IMG/VR virus record: IMGVR_UViG_3300037336_000053 | Span: 32,001-96,000 of that record | Source: a virus | Length of the DNA stretch: 64,000 bases | Strand: one strand, 5' to 3' | Shown: positions 45,728 to 56,900 of the stretch, in pieces | How positions within the stretch are numbered: position 1 is the first letter of the stretch | Layout of the letters: each line of letters opens with the position of its first letter | Program-made: the position numbers and the translations under genes | The notes under the pieces: generated by a model | Seen by the model: the letters and a program-made list of their open reading frames with translations, nothing else | The model's database searches: none | Told to the model about the DNA's origin: nothing

Positions 45728-45938
45728 GTCCTGATTTGCCGTTTTGTTGTGTTTGTTGGAGATATTGTTTTGCACGTCTTGCTCGTGACTCTTCTCGATA
45801 CATGTCTAGTATCGCAGAAATTTGCTCCTGTACCTGAGGATTCTGAGTCATAAAATATTTACGCTGGAGGTCGAGCACTTTATTCTCAACCTCAGTGTCA
45901 CTAAGTTGTTCAAAACTATCAACTAGTGGGTTAAACAT
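45702..45938 (-). CDS. hypothetical coiled-coil protein
   Basis: ORF track. Confidence 0.7.
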   Translation of the reverse strand: MFNPLVDSFEQLSDTEVENKVLDLQRKYFMTQNPQVQEQISAILDMYREESRARRAKQYLQQTQQNGKSGLDSLINIS

Positions 45939-46495
45939 TAATCAAATGTTCCGTGGTCTTGTGCAAACACACTAACGCCACCGTTAATAGACCAAAAATC
46001 AATTATAGTTGGATTAGTCTGTGAAGCCAACACAGTTGTTCCGCTAAATGCTCCTGCACCTTTAAAGCTACCACCGCCCGAACTTGCCCAAGTAATTGTT
46101 CTTGGAGTTCCGTCGCTTGTAAGTTGTAGGCGCATTCTGCCCATTACACCACTATCTGGCCAATCAGAAAGAGTAAGTGTAATATCTGAACCAGCTTGTA
46201 GTGTTTGATAGTGACCGTTGGCCCAGCTAACGTTTTGACTTGCACCAACATTACCAGCAGGATATACTGTTTCAGTATTTGCCTTAAGTTTAGCATCGCT
46301 AATTACGCTACCGTTAAAGTCGTTATCTGCATCTAATTTTGCAGTGCTACTTTGTAGTGTTGTAATTTCACTTTCTGCTGCTTCTAGTGCAACCTTAGTC
46401 ACATTGAAGTTTGTACGAAAGCCTTGACTGTCGTTATCTTGACCGGCCACTGGAAAAGCAGCGTTGAATCCTATTGTACTAATTGTACTTGCCAT
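45938..46495 (-). CDS. putative virion structural protein
   Basis: FPVAGQDNDSQGFRTNF followed by a coiled coil and a beta domain; located in the tail module. Confidence 0.6.
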   Translation of the reverse strand: MASTISTIGFNAAFPVAGQDNDSQGFRTNFNVTKVALEAAESEITTLQSSTAKLDADNDFNGSVISDAKLKANTETVYPAGNVGASQNVSWANGHYQTLQAGSDITLTLSDWPDSGVMGRMRLQLTSDGTPRTITWASSGGGSFKGAGAFSGTTVLASQTNPTIIDFWSINGGVSVFAQDHGTFD

Positions 46496-46527
46496 ATTTT
46501 ATATCTCCTACAATATATTTATCGTTG

Positions 46528-49308
46528 TTAAGTGTTAAATTCGTAATTTGCGAACAATATATACTGTTCTTGTGAATTACCTTCAGCGTTGTCTATTACA
46601 TATCTATCAATATCTAACTCGTATTGTTTAAAATCAATTTTATAAAAATCAATGGTATTAGCAATTATGTTTGCAGTACCTGGCTTACAATAGCATAACG
46701 GTATAGCATTAACAAATCCTAACTCCGTTATTGTGTCTACTTGTGATGATCTCATCCAAAGAGGTAGAAAGTTCTTTTCTGTTTCACCTATATTCTTAAT
46801 AGCTGCTCGCATATGTGTCATATTGGATATATAACGTGTTGTACTATTTGCACCGTCTGCAAGTATAGCATTACTATCAGTGGTGATTACATTAGTAGGC
46901 CACGGTCTATATTTGTTACTTTCTATCACGCCAGGTGTAAATGGCACGCTTACAGAATAACCTGCTTGATTTATAATCTCTAACAAACTTGTTACGGGTA
47001 TATTATAGATTTCATCACGCCCGTTAATATTTAATAAATCAATCCAGCTTACTGCAACTTCGCCTTCTTCTCTAGTAGTAATAGTAACCTCAGAAAATTC
47101 ACTTGCATATGTGTCATTAATATCGGTATATTTTGCGCTGTTAACTAAAACTTTGTCATTATTTTTAATCTTAATTTGATTAGCTGTCTTATGATTTCTC
47201 TTAGTAGACTGTTGTGGGTCGATAACTTCTAAATATACTACTTCGTAAACTACATCTTGAGTCCCTGGTGTTTTAGCAATCGCTGTTTTTACGCTACCAA
47301 TTTTAAGATTGCGTCTTTTATGATTTTTTGCAGCCGCAGCTACAAAACTTTCAATAGCCTTTGCTTCTATTCCCGAATAAGCAAGTATTTTAATTTTGGT
47401 TTGTATACCAAAATTAGTATCGTTTGGTCTGTAAAGATATTCTGGAAGGAATATCTCTGCATTGTTTACAAAATTAACGAAAGCTAATCGTTGCACTTGC
47501 GGTAATAGTGGTTGTAAAAAAACATTACTATATTGTTTATTGTCTGGGTCAGATAATTTAACACTAAATGTTCGCTCAATAGCACTAAATCCAAATTGAT
47601 CCTGTGCTTTAATTGTAAAATCATATGTACGATCGAGTGTAGTAGTATTTCCGTCCAGCTGCAACTGTTGACTATCAAATACAGTTAATCCAGGTTGTGA
47701 CTCTGTACCAAAACTATTTACTTTACCAATTAATTCGCCGCTTAATGATAACGTTAACCCTGGAGGAAGTGTACCTAATGTTACAGTATATAATAAATTA
47801 GCATTTGGTACAGTAGTAGTTGCTCTAACATTAAGTGTACTGATATAGTTGGCACTAAACGATCCTAAATTTCTTGGAGTAATCCATGCAATAGTTGAAT
47901 CAACTTCGCCTAATAGCTTTACAACAAATGTTTTTTCACTAACTGTATTTTCTGTTTCAACAATAGCAATTGTGCCAAAATTAATGCTAGTACCACTATT
48001 AAATGCAGTAAGTAAAGCTCTGTTTAGTGTTAACACATCAAATGCGGCATTACCAGTATTAATGCTTATAACAATATAAGTATTCCCTTCTACGGTGAAT
48101 TCTTTATCAATAGCATACTCTGAATATGCATCAAATTTACTAACTTTAATTTGTGCTGTTCCAATATTAGCGGCTTCATACATATATTCAATTAGCTGAA
48201 CACTATCAACATCGTATCCTATACGCTGCGCCGCAATGGTAAATTTATATTCTTGTGTTACAGCAGGCTGATAAGGTACTCTACCAGCAATTTCGCCTGT
48301 AACAGTATCAAGTGTTAGGCCTGGAGGAAGTATACTAGGAGTGCTATCATCATTGAGAGAAGCTTGATAGTAACTAACAACACCTGATAGCGTATTAGGA
48401 TCAATCACATCTAGTATTAGTGTAACATAATTATTAGCTCTTCTATACCCAAAGTCTCTTGGTGTTAACCAAATTGGCACACGAATATGAGTATTGTCGG
48501 CACTAAATACTCCGGTACCTACATTCATAACAGTAGTGTCCGATCTAAAGAAATCGTCGCCTACTACATACAATTTAAATGTACGACTTGCAACGGTATC
48601 TCCGTCACTTACACTAACTGTAAATTCGTAATAGCGATTAAGTTTCTTAGGAGACTGTGTAGGAGTACTTAGATCGTAAATTGTAGTGTCATAATAAAAA
48701 CTGTCAAAGCCGTTAGAACTAGGAACACTCCAGTCGTATGCACTGGTACTTCCTGCATCATATCCTGCATCATCATAATAACCAGCTGCTGATGATTTTT
48801 CTATCGCAAGGATAGGATCAACAACGCCGACTAATCTACCATCGCGTGTTAGTTGTATGCCCGGAGGTAGAGTGCCACCTTTAGCTGGAACAAAATATTC
48901 AAGAACTTGTCCAGCAGCAGTATCAGTATCTATCACTTCTAATTGAAAGTCAACTGGTGCGCTGTCTAAGATATAGTAAACACCGTTATTACCTGCTGCT
49001 AATAAGTCTGCAGGAGTTTGCCAAACTGGTATATCGGCACCTTGTACTGTTATTTTAAATGTTCTGTCACTTATTTGTGAATTATATGTTGCTCTAAGTA
49101 CAAATGTACTAACAGTTTCTCTTGCAACCTCTATTGGAGTTCCTGCTATTGTATTATTAGTTAATCTTAATCCTGCCGGCAAACTTCCACTTATTAGTTT
49201 AACAGTTGCACTCGGTTGTGAAAGTAGTAGTGATAACGGAGCAATCGTCACCTGCTCTTCGAGAGTGCCAAGACTATCACCGTTATTGCTTGTCCAAAAG
49301 TTTGCCAT
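46528..49308 (-). CDS. baseplate wedge-like protein with repeated putative Ig (He_PIG) domains
   Basis: Repeated G(S/T)LP(A/P)GL.L...G.I.G.P...Y.FT(I/V) units. Confidence 0.7.
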   Translation of the reverse strand: MANFWTSNNGDSLGTLEEQVTIAPLSLLLSQPSATVKLISGSLPAGLRLTNNTIAGTPIEVARETVSTFVLRATYNSQISDRTFKITVQGADIPVWQTPADLLAAGNNGVYYILDSAPVDFQLEVIDTDTAAGQVLEYFVPAKGGTLPPGIQLTRDGRLVGVVDPILAIEKSSAAGYYDDAGYDAGSTSAYDWSVPSSNGFDSFYYDTTIYDLSTPTQSPKKLNRYYEFTVSVSDGDTVASRTFKLYVVGDDFFRSDTTVMNVGTGVFSADNTHIRVPIWLTPRDFGYRRANNYVTLILDVIDPNTLSGVVSYYQASLNDDSTPSILPPGLTLDTVTGEIAGRVPYQPAVTQEYKFTIAAQRIGYDVDSVQLIEYMYEAANIGTAQIKVSKFDAYSEYAIDKEFTVEGNTYIVISINTGNAAFDVLTLNRALLTAFNSGTSINFGTIAIVETENTVSEKTFVVKLLGEVDSTIAWITPRNLGSFSANYISTLNVRATTTVPNANLLYTVTLGTLPPGLTLSLSGELIGKVNSFGTESQPGLTVFDSQQLQLDGNTTTLDRTYDFTIKAQDQFGFSAIERTFSVKLSDPDNKQYSNVFLQPLLPQVQRLAFVNFVNNAEIFLPEYLYRPNDTNFGIQTKIKILAYSGIEAKAIESFVAAAAKNHKRRNLKIGSVKTAIAKTPGTQDVVYEVVYLEVIDPQQSTKRNHKTANQIKIKNNDKVLVNSAKYTDINDTYASEFSEVTITTREEGEVAVSWIDLLNINGRDEIYNIPVTSLLEIINQAGYSVSVPFTPGVIESNKYRPWPTNVITTDSNAILADGANSTTRYISNMTHMRAAIKNIGETEKNFLPLWMRSSQVDTITELGFVNAIPLCYCKPGTANIIANTIDFYKIDFKQYELDIDRYVIDNAEGNSQEQYILFANYEFNT

Positions 49309-49344
49309 ATATACTATTCCCTATATAGCATATTTATCTAAATT

Positions 49345-50046
49345 TTAGATACTACTGTAATCTGATACTAATGAGCTCGGAGCTGTAATTGAACCGTAGT
49401 CGATTGTAGTAGCTCTAAACAATAATTCTATACTTGTTGTTATATTATCAGATATTAATCCGTAGTCTGCACCTGTAACAATTCTATCTAATTCTTCTAC
49501 ATCAATACCGTTAACTGTACCAGTTAATGCTCCAACCACTGAAGTTGCATTAACAGTTGTTGCAGTTAGTGTACCTACATTATTAATATTAAATGCGTTA
49601 GCATCAAGAGCAGCTCCTAATGCTGGATTTTTATCTTGGAATATCAAATCTGTAGCATTAATTGCAACAGTGATATTACTTCCGGTTAACGAAGTGTCAA
49701 TGTTCTGTCCGCCGTTAATGCCAAATGCTCTACCTACACCTGAAAGACTTAGTGTACTTCCATCAGTTCTAACAGTAATATTACCATTGTTGGTAATTGT
49801 AATACTTGTACCGTCGGAGCTAAGTGACATATTATCACCTGCAATTAGACTTCTAAAGTTTAGTATACTATTTTCTTTAGTATAAAATACTCCAGTACCT
49901 GTACCTAAGTTTGCTGCATTATTTTGCGGCACAACTCTTGCATCAAGTTCGTCAAAGTTGTTGTTAACCTTAACAAATGCCTGGCGGAGATCATCGCCTG
50001 TACCGTCGTTTGCTATATTACCTACATTAATTCTGCTGATTGTCAT
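49345..50046 (-). CDS. baseplate/tail-fibre connector (gp9/gp10-like N-terminus)
   Basis: INVGNIANDGTGDDLRQAFVKVNNNFDEL. Confidence 0.75.
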   Translation of the reverse strand: MTISRINVGNIANDGTGDDLRQAFVKVNNNFDELDARVVPQNNAANLGTGTGVFYTKENSILNFRSLIAGDNMSLSSDGTSITITNNGNITVRTDGSTLSLSGVGRAFGINGGQNIDTSLTGSNITVAINATDLIFQDKNPALGAALDANAFNINNVGTLTATTVNATSVVGALTGTVNGIDVEELDRIVTGADYGLISDNITTSIELLFRATTIDYGSITAPSSLVSDYSSI

Positions 50047-50060
50047 TTGTTATTCTCCGT

Positions 50061-50897
50061 TTATAGTGCTGCTATTCTTGATTGGAAATCTGTAAAGTTT
50101 GTACTTGCTGCAACTTCAGTTTTTAATGTTGCTAGTGTAATTGTTTCACTTATTAATGCGGCCGTAGTTTGAACAGAAGCATCTGGGAATGTTATTGTAC
50201 CGTTTAAATACAAATCTTTAAATTTATGAGTAGGAGCACCTAAATCGTAAACGCCGTTTGCTGCCGGAACTACATTAGTTCTAATAGTGTGATCTAAGTT
50301 AAATGCAGCAAGTACACTATCAATCATCAGTGTCGAATCGTCAGCAAATACACTACCAACTAAATCTCCCGTGTTGTTAACATCAACTGTGATTAATCCA
50401 TTTGATAAATCTGCTGCTGTTAAGTACCCTGAATTATTAAACAGTGTACTAATATTAGCACCTGGTTGTACAGCAGTCGCTGCCAATCCTCCTTGCACAC
50501 TTGTAGCAGCATCAGTAATGCCGTATCCTCCAAGTGTAGTTGGAGTAACAGTTAAATTACCAAACGCAACAGTGGTTAAATAACCAACATTGTTAGTAAG
50601 TTGACCAATATTGTCGCCAGGCACTAGTACATTCATGTCATCTATTAAATCACTAAGTTGCGTAGGACGATTACTTAAATCATTGTAACTGCCTGTTACT
50701 GCAACAGTTGCAATTTCAGTGCCACCTTTTTTAATACTTGCAGCACTTAGTACACCTGCTGCAACAGTGCCACTAGCAGTAACATCAGTTACGCCAATAA
50801 TACCGTTGCTTGTAAGTTGTAGATTATCTCCACTGGGTATTTCTTTTAATTTGTTACCATCAGTTGTGTCAACTATTAGTGGGTATCTATTCGCCAT
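50061..50897 (-). CDS. putative tail fibre/structural protein
   Basis: SYNDLSNRPT, GYGITDA and GDLVGSVFADDST fibre motifs. Confidence 0.65.
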   Translation of the reverse strand: MANRYPLIVDTTDGNKLKEIPSGDNLQLTSNGIIGVTDVTASGTVAAGVLSAASIKKGGTEIATVAVTGSYNDLSNRPTQLSDLIDDMNVLVPGDNIGQLTNNVGYLTTVAFGNLTVTPTTLGGYGITDAATSVQGGLAATAVQPGANISTLFNNSGYLTAADLSNGLITVDVNNTGDLVGSVFADDSTLMIDSVLAAFNLDHTIRTNVVPAANGVYDLGAPTHKFKDLYLNGTITFPDASVQTTAALISETITLATLKTEVAASTNFTDFQSRIAAL

Positions 50898-50936
50898 GTG
50901 TATTTTCCTCGCTTAGTGTATTTATTTGCTTTGCCA

Positions 50937-53900
50937 TTATACTCTACCCACAACTGCTTCAACTGTTCCGCGATCGCTATCAGTCTTAACTCCAACTGCT
51001 TTACCAATAACTGTTCCTACTTTTGGATCATTATCAACAACTGCATAACCTGGTATTGAACTTGCAACTAACATATCACCTTTGGCAACTGTACCAATTA
51101 CATTAACCGGAACACGACCTTGCAATGCTACACAAGTTTTAATACCTGGGCAACCTGCGTTCATGATATAAGCACTTTGATCACTTACTACGCCTGCAAC
51201 TCTTGTTGTACGGTGTGTAGTGCTTTCGGTAACTTCTTTATCACCGCCAAATACCAGTACAGTACCTACAGCATATTCACGATCGCCTTCATAGTACTCT
51301 GCTAAGTCAGCGTATGTTGCTTGCATGCGTGATCCAGCAGTTAAACTCCAGTTACCTGTAATAGTACCTGCTGTTGCTGCTGCACCAGTTGTAAGAGTTG
51401 TAGTAGTTACACTGCCGCCTGTTGTAACAGTTGTAGTTGAACTTGCAGTAGTTGCATTACCGCTCAGTGCCGCTGTAATTGTACCAGCACCAAAGTTACC
51501 ACTTGCATCTCGCAATACAATTGTGCTACCAACGTTTGTTGATGCTGCTGTAATTGTAGCTGAGTTTGCTTGGCTTGTAATTGTACCAGCATTACCAGTT
51601 ACGTTACCAGTTACGTTACCGGTTACATTACCTACAACTGCTCCTGTAAATCCTACTGAACTTATTTTTCCGTAAACAGTACCGCCAGTAACAAATGTAA
51701 TAACGTCTGCACCACCACCAGCAAATCCAGTACCAGCACCTAGTCCAATACCTGTACCTGCTGCATCTTTCTCACCTGGCGCCTCAATAAAGCTACTGTA
51801 AATCCAGCGTGATGATATTGCACTAGTTTCAGCACCTGCACCACCACCTATGCTACCATACGCACTGTTTGCCTGGAAAGTACTCTCAGTAGGAGCAACT
51901 GCCATATCGCCAACTTTAATATTACCGCCAGTGTTTATTTGTGGTTTACTTGCTCCACTTGCTGTTAAAATAACTCCTTGTGCAGGAGTTTTAAACGACA
52001 GTGTACCCGAGCTTTCTGCTAGTATTTCGTATGTACTTGTACCACCAATAACATATGCAGTAGCTTGTAGTCTACCCGTATTATCACGTTTTGCAATACT
52101 GGTGTTTTCGTTGTCGTATGATATTTCACTAGTAGTATATGCTCCGGTTGCAGTTTTTACAAGTACTTGACCCGGATCATTTCTTGGTGAACCATAAGCA
52201 ATAACTGATGCAAAGTCGCCATCTGCTAAGCCGCCGCCTTCGTCGATTACTGTACTAAATGCAACTGCACTCGGATCACCTGTTCCAGCAGCACTGCGAC
52301 CAATAACAGTGTCAGTAGCAATTTCCGGTAACTCGGCAAATCCAACACCTTGGTCTTTAATACCAACCCAGCCGCTAGTAATTTCAAAGTTTGCACTATC
52401 AAAACTTGCAAGTCCTAAATCAACTTGTGCAATACCAGTAGCATTAGCTCTAGTAGTAGCAGCACTCATTGCTAGTTTGCTTTGAGCAATTGCCGCTGTA
52501 TCATTAACATCGCTGTTGATAATTGCTTGCGGCTCAATTTGTAAATTAACTTCAGTATTTGTACTACTACGAGTTACAGTAATATTAATATCACTAGTAG
52601 TTGATTCTACTGCGTTAGTAAATTCATCTACAGGATTTTCTAATACAACTGCTGTTGTTGCACCTGACGAGCCAACAACTCCGTTATTAATTGGACTTGC
52701 TGTGGTATTAAACTCGCTTGCAGTAGTTAATGTATATGTAATAACTCTTACATTTTTGTTTAACACTTTATCAAATCTAGACTCAAGTGCTACTACTGTA
52801 CCTTGTGCAGTACCGTTGGTAATAGTTCCTCCAACGGTAAACAATCCTGGAGTTTCTGGATCTGTTAGCAATCTACGCTTGCCTGTTGGAACAAATAGTT
52901 GTTTAGCAACATTACCGGCTGCAACTGCATGTATTGTAACGTTTCTTAAATCGTCTAATTCGTCGTAGCTACTAACCGCTTGAACAACGTAGTCTTTAGT
53001 AGTTGCATCATTATCATCTGTAGGATCTAGCAAGTTTTTAATTTGCTTGCTGTTAGCATTTAAGTTAGCTTCTAAAGGTGTTGATCCGTCTAGTGCTAAG
53101 AAGCCTGGAGCAAATCTACTTGTACCAGTTAGTTGCGCACTGCCATTATGACCCAGTCTACGACTTACATAGTTAGCAACGGCTTTTTCTGTAGGAACAG
53201 CAGTGTCAGATAAGTCAATAAACAATTCGTCATTGGAGAACTCGCTAATTGTAACACCTTCCTTAAAGCCCAATGATGCTGCTCTTGAAATACCAACATC
53301 TCCAGCAAATGTAACACTACCAGTTGATTGGTCAACGACAAAGTACTTACCTACACGGAAGAATCCGTCGTTATCACTACTGATAAAGAATACTCTACCT
53401 TTACGTCTTTCCCATACTTGCGCAGATGTTGCGTTATCTTCGTTAGTATATGCTCCTGCTTTTGCCGCTGCGCCACCAACTGGTGCACCTAACAGTACGT
53501 TAGGATAGTTACTAGTGTTAAATCCGCCAGTACCAATTTCAGTAAAATCATGTCCTGTTGCACGGAGTAACGATATAGCAACTGTAATCTCAGCAGTTGA
53601 TCCTGCTACTAGACCACAGTAAATATTTCTTTCAGCAACTGGAACTAGTCTAATACCAGCAGCTCCTGAACCATTAACATCTGTACTTGAAACTAATTGT
53701 GTATTAATATACCATACACTGTCAGTAGGAATCCAACGTCCACCAGTAGTATATGCTGTAAATTGTGTACCATCTAGAGGATTTGATAATACATCATCAG
53801 TAAACAATGCAAATGTATTTGTAGTTACATTACCTACATAATAACTATTGCCGTTTAATTCAGTTGTGCCACCAATTGATTCAAATTCTATTTTGTCACT

Positions 53901-56900
53901 GTTACTTAACCCGTGACTTGCACTTGTAACTACCACTGGAGTTGCACTGGTTATACCAGTAATATCACCGGTAGTAATTGGATTATACTCAATTACTTGT
54001 AATGTTCTACCGCCATATGCAAAAACCATACCACCATTATATCCAAGGTCTCCTGGATTTAATATTGTTTGATTTGATGCATCTGTCGCATCTTGAACAA
54101 TTCGTGTAGCATTTATTGAAGTTAACTTCTCAACTGCAAGATACGTATCAGATACTGCGTTACCAAGTGTGCCACCGCCGGCTGGAGCAGCAGTACTAAT
54201 GTTTATATAATTGATAGTAGCAACAACATAACTATAATCAATGTCAAATGTAGCTTTAATTTGATTAGCATCTAAGTCTTGATTTTGATCATCTTTTGTA
54301 GTAAAACCTGTACTTCTATAGGTAACAGTATCGCTTTCATCAAAGTTAATAGCAGTACTTGGACGTGAAGTAATGTCACTAGTATCTACATTACCAAGTA
54401 TAACATTTTCTCCGTGTCTATATTCAAATATAGAACTGTGACTTAGTCCGTCTTGCAAGTCTGGATAGAAATCTGTATTTGATCCTGCTTCTTGAACAGT
54501 GAGTCTATAAACTTCATTACTAAATTGTCCTGGCGTAGCAGTGTATACTAACAGTACTGGAATAGTTAAGTCGTTAGTTACATCTACTCCGCCGATATTA
54601 GCACCTGATATTGTTATTGTGTCTCCAATATTATATCCTTCACCTACATTAGTTACAGTAAATACTGGAGTTCCTGATGTTACTGTAATAGCAAACACTG
54701 CACCTGCACCACTACCACTTGTTGACTTTTGTGCAACAAGAGTATACACACCGTTGGGCCCAGGAGTACCAGTAATACTTGAATTATCAACAGATTCAAT
54801 ACCAGTAACTACAACTGCTCCGCCTACTCCAGTAGTACCGCTGTTAGTAGGGTCTGATAAGTTTTGTATATTAGTAATTCTATAGTTTAATGCACCTACA
54901 ATTCCGCCATGATTGATGTATACAAACGCATTTTTCATTGGTGCTTCTTTAAAGTCATAGACAGTAATTGCAGTATCTCCTGATGCGTTAGTATATCCGC
55001 CATATGTAAATGCTTTAACAGGTTGCACCATATTTCTTGCAATAGTAACCTGATCTGGAATTTCGTTTGGATCAGCACCCTCTGCAACTAAACCAAAGTT
55101 ACCATAACCATTTGAACCGTTGAGCGAACGTATTTCTGAACCGTTTGCAGCATAATATGCAACATGGCAATAGTATGTAAACATACTAACCATCTCAGAA
55201 AACGCACCGTTATTAGTTACAAGTCCGTATGCTAAGTCGTTAATTTGTGTAAAGTCGTTACCGAGTATACTTCTGTTACCTGCACTTTGTAAGAATATGT
55301 CTTGTATAACATCATCTTGATCGTGGCCTACATCACCTATATCATCGGCACCTACAAAGTTCCAACCGTTACCACTATTTGAACCTGGATCAAGATATAT
55401 AACTGCTCTACCTAAGGCACTGTCATAGTTTGATATAGCGTTAACTTGGTAACGCTGGCCTTTGTAGTAGAACGGCGCAGGCAGTTCGGGTAATCTTAAT
55501 TTAAGGCCTTGTGCTTGGCCACCAACATCTTGACTTTCAACATACAGAGTTAATGCATTTAGTCCTATTGAACCGTTTGCATCGGTATAGCTGCCTGAAC
55601 TTTGTTGTACACGCATTGGTATATTACCAGCAAACGCATCAACATACATACCACCACGGAATGCTTTCTTATTTTCACTTCTTGAGAAACTTGATGCTGT
55701 TTGGATATATGGAGATTTAGTTAGAATTTGACCTTCTGGATCAAGGACACACATAAATCCGCCGTGACCTTGTACAGTAACATTTCTAATAATAGTTGCG
55801 TCATCCATCAAGAACACATCCATCTCGTCATTTCGCTTAGGTGGATTATAATTTACATCAAATGCAAATACAACTACGTTAACTAGCTCGCCAACTACAC
55901 TAACACTACTAATAACTGGTGCCCACAGCAGTGTATTTGTTAATTGTCCAAATGTTGCACTTAGATTATCAGTATTTTCGTCGCCGGCTACTGATTTGTG
56001 AGTTCTTAATGCTCTGTAATATAGCGTTCCTTTTTTAACAAATGCTCCTTGCAGGTAGCTAACACCTGCAGCCCAATCTGGTTCAGCTTTTCCTAAACTT
56101 ATATCTGGATCATAATCTGTGCCTAGATTCTTTGTAGGAGCAACTCCTATAAGTAGTTGCGCAGTAAGTGTTGATATGTAATTAATCGCTGCTGCTGTTT
56201 CAATTTCTTGACCTGCAAACCCTGAACTTACATATCCTGACCAATATTGACCTTGATTTTCAAGAGCAAATTCTTTACCGCCCTTTAATAGGTCTTTAAC
56301 AATACCGTCTACAATATATCCAGTATCTCTACGACAGGTTGTTTCGTTATAAACCAGCGAAGGATACGTAGTTTCAATAAAATAAATTACCTCATCTTGT
56401 ATAAATTCTTTGTTACTTTTGACAATTTCACTAGCAGCAAGATATTTTCCTAGATTAGTAAATGTCGGTCCGACATTTGATGGCTTAGTATTATCAGTAA
56501 GGTAGTGTCGACCAAAATAACCTTGTGTTGCACCAGTTTGGTTAACAAATGGTGTGCCGGTTGTTGTTACAGTTAATCCGTCAAATGTTGCATCTCTATA
56601 AAAATATGTATCAGCATACACACTTTGAGACTGTCTGCGCTTCGGACGAATAATTACTCGTCTAAATTCGTCACCTTTTAGTGATATGTTTTTACTAATT
56701 CTGATCGGAAAGTCTTCTTCGTAAATACCTGTTTCAACTCTGATAAGAACCTGTTTAGCTTTAACATAATTACCTAATTCAATTTCTTCACCTGTTTCAA
56801 ACTCTATAGGTGATAATAATTGCATAAAGAAGGTAGTTGAGGCAGTATCTTGTGTATACGTAACAATACGTCCAATTGCTGCTGTGCGTTTACCTCTTAA